64,000 bases of DNA, from contig CM052817.1 in the NCBI GenBank assembly GCA_028534125.1, positions 13,580,001 to 13,644,000 of the forward strand, in the 5' to 3' direction. The position numbers were made by a program, and so were the translations under genes. Position 1 is the first letter of the stretch; each line of letters begins with the position of its first letter. Below the pieces are notes generated by a model that was not told the DNA's origin, did no database searches, and saw nothing but the letters and a program-made list of their open reading frames with translations. Shown here piece after piece: positions 62,600-64,000 of the stretch. This stretch comes from Lama glama. Lineage: Eukaryota.

Positions 62600-63020
62600 T
62601 CTATCTTCAGTCTTTCTCTTCCTCCTTTACCTGAAAAACTCCTAGTCATCCCTCAAAGCCCATGATGCTATCTCTCTTTGAAGCTTTCTTCAGCCCCAGT
62701 AAACACAGTTTGTTGCTTTGTCTTTGTTTTTATCACACCAGTTCCATCACACTTTATGATGTTTCTCTTTATGTATCTCTTCCCAAATTGAACTCTGAAA
62801 GGAAGGAAACTGTATCATTAATGGAATCAGTACATGGTTGTTAAAAATGGGCTATTCAACCAGACAGCCTGTGCTCAAACACAGGTTCCACAGCTGTCCA
62901 ACTTTGGGTATAATCCTTAAAAACATCTGTAAAGTGAGGAAAATAGGAATATCTACTCTGTTGTGTTATCGCAAGGATTAAATGTCTTGCTTAATGTCAG
63001 GCATATAGTACATGCATTGT
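62600..63020 (+). mobile_element. L2 tail fragment followed by a MIR
   Basis: aactcctagtcatccctcaaagccca...gaactctgaaaggaagg; then ccagacagcctgtgctcaaac...catctgtaaagtgagg...aaggattaaatg...ggcatatagta. Confidence 0.65.
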
Positions 63021-63659
63021 GATTGTGCATAAAAAAGAAGAAGAAATTCCATAACAAATATCCACGTCTAAAGTGTTTACTTTTACTTTTGCAAGGTTCT
63101 TTGTCAGCTCTTCAAATAATTCTGAAGAAATAGGTGCACATATAATGAAAGCATGTGTGCAGAGACTGAGCTTGAATGCCCCCTTATTCCAAATCAGAGT
63201 TTCTTCAACGAGCTTCCACTTAATTTCCCTAAAATATTTTATAAGAAGTCAAGACCATTTGTAAAGATATTTCTACCCTACAGAGTTCTAAAACAGAATT
63301 CAGGCAAGGAATAGTGGCTACAGTTGGCTAGGTTTGTATTAAATGACTTTCTTCAGAAACATTTTGACAAAATTAGGTACAGCCTGGGAAGCAATAAAGA
63401 ATCTGTTCTTCTCATTCACTGAAAACTTCATTAGCTGACTCTCCTGTGTTCTGCTGGTCCTAGAGACACTAGGTACTGGTTTCTGTTCTGTCTCCTATGT
63501 ACACCTGTTTGGTAGTGAATTTTTTACCCAGAAAAGATTTCATTATATGCACAGGGTGTGCGAACCCAGGTATATGTGCAGGGAATGGGGATTCACGCAA
63601 AGCAACCCCCTCTTCCTGAGAAGGACCCCATGTAGCTACAACCCACTGAAAACTCTGAC

Positions 63660-63915
63660 CAGAATGGATTTGTTCGTTCAACTAGGACTGAGCACTACAA
63701 ACTTCTGGCACTATTTTCAGGACTAGGAATCCAGTAGCGAACTACCCAGAAGTATAAACAACTAAACAGACCATAAGCAAATTAAAGTCTATTAGAAAAT
63801 AAAGACGTACATTGGGGACACATGAAACAGAAGAGGGGTCAGATGTCCTGGAAGAAATGGTAGGAGGCATGCAGTTTTAAATGGGAAGATCAGGGAAGGT
63901 CCCATGGAGACTTCT
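63660..63915 (-). mobile_element. L2 3' fragment
   Basis: ttgttcgttcaac...ctggcactattttcaggactagg...gcagttttaaatgggaagatcagggaagg. Confidence 0.65.
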
Positions 63916-63930
63916 GAGATTTTTGATCAC

Positions 63931-64000
63931 ATGTGACTGAATGCTTGTAGTCCCCCAAATTTATAGGTTGAAACTGTAATCCCAACTTGATGGTATTTGC
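63931..64000 (+). mobile_element. Start of a MaLR LTR (MST/MLT1A-like), truncated by the window end
   Basis: gactgaatgcttgtagtcccccaaatttataggttgaaac...aatcccaa...gatggtatt. Confidence 0.8.

Overview
This is mammalian nuclear DNA, probably from a camelid (camel, alpaca or llama). That assignment is inferred from a Vic-1-like tRNA-derived SINE at 16058-16191 and from young L1 3' ends of camelid type. The window reads as intronic or intergenic. I recognise no protein-coding gene; the ORF track is made up of chance ORFs, repeat-derived ORFs and artefacts running through a 500-N gap (31274-31773). The sequence is mostly decayed interspersed repeats (MIR, L2, L1, MaLR/ERVL solo LTRs, hAT and Tigger MITEs) separated by unique stretches. 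All repeat family names come from my recall of consensus sequences, not from an alignment, and boundaries of old elements are approximate. The clearest non-routine observations are: (1) a ~180-bp mitochondrial insertion (NUMT: ND2 end, tRNA-Trp, tRNA-Ala, start of tRNA-Asn) apparently inside an old MLT1 LTR; (2) a gap-free ~214-bp, ~93%-identical local duplication whose second copy sits next to a truncated L1; (3) a 22-nt insert carrying CAAGATGGCGG between perfect 18-bp direct repeats at an LTR end; (4) a 55-nt minus-strand exon candidate at the window start; (5) CpG-rich patches that appear to overlap old SINEs. I found no evidence of a novel multi-component biological system.
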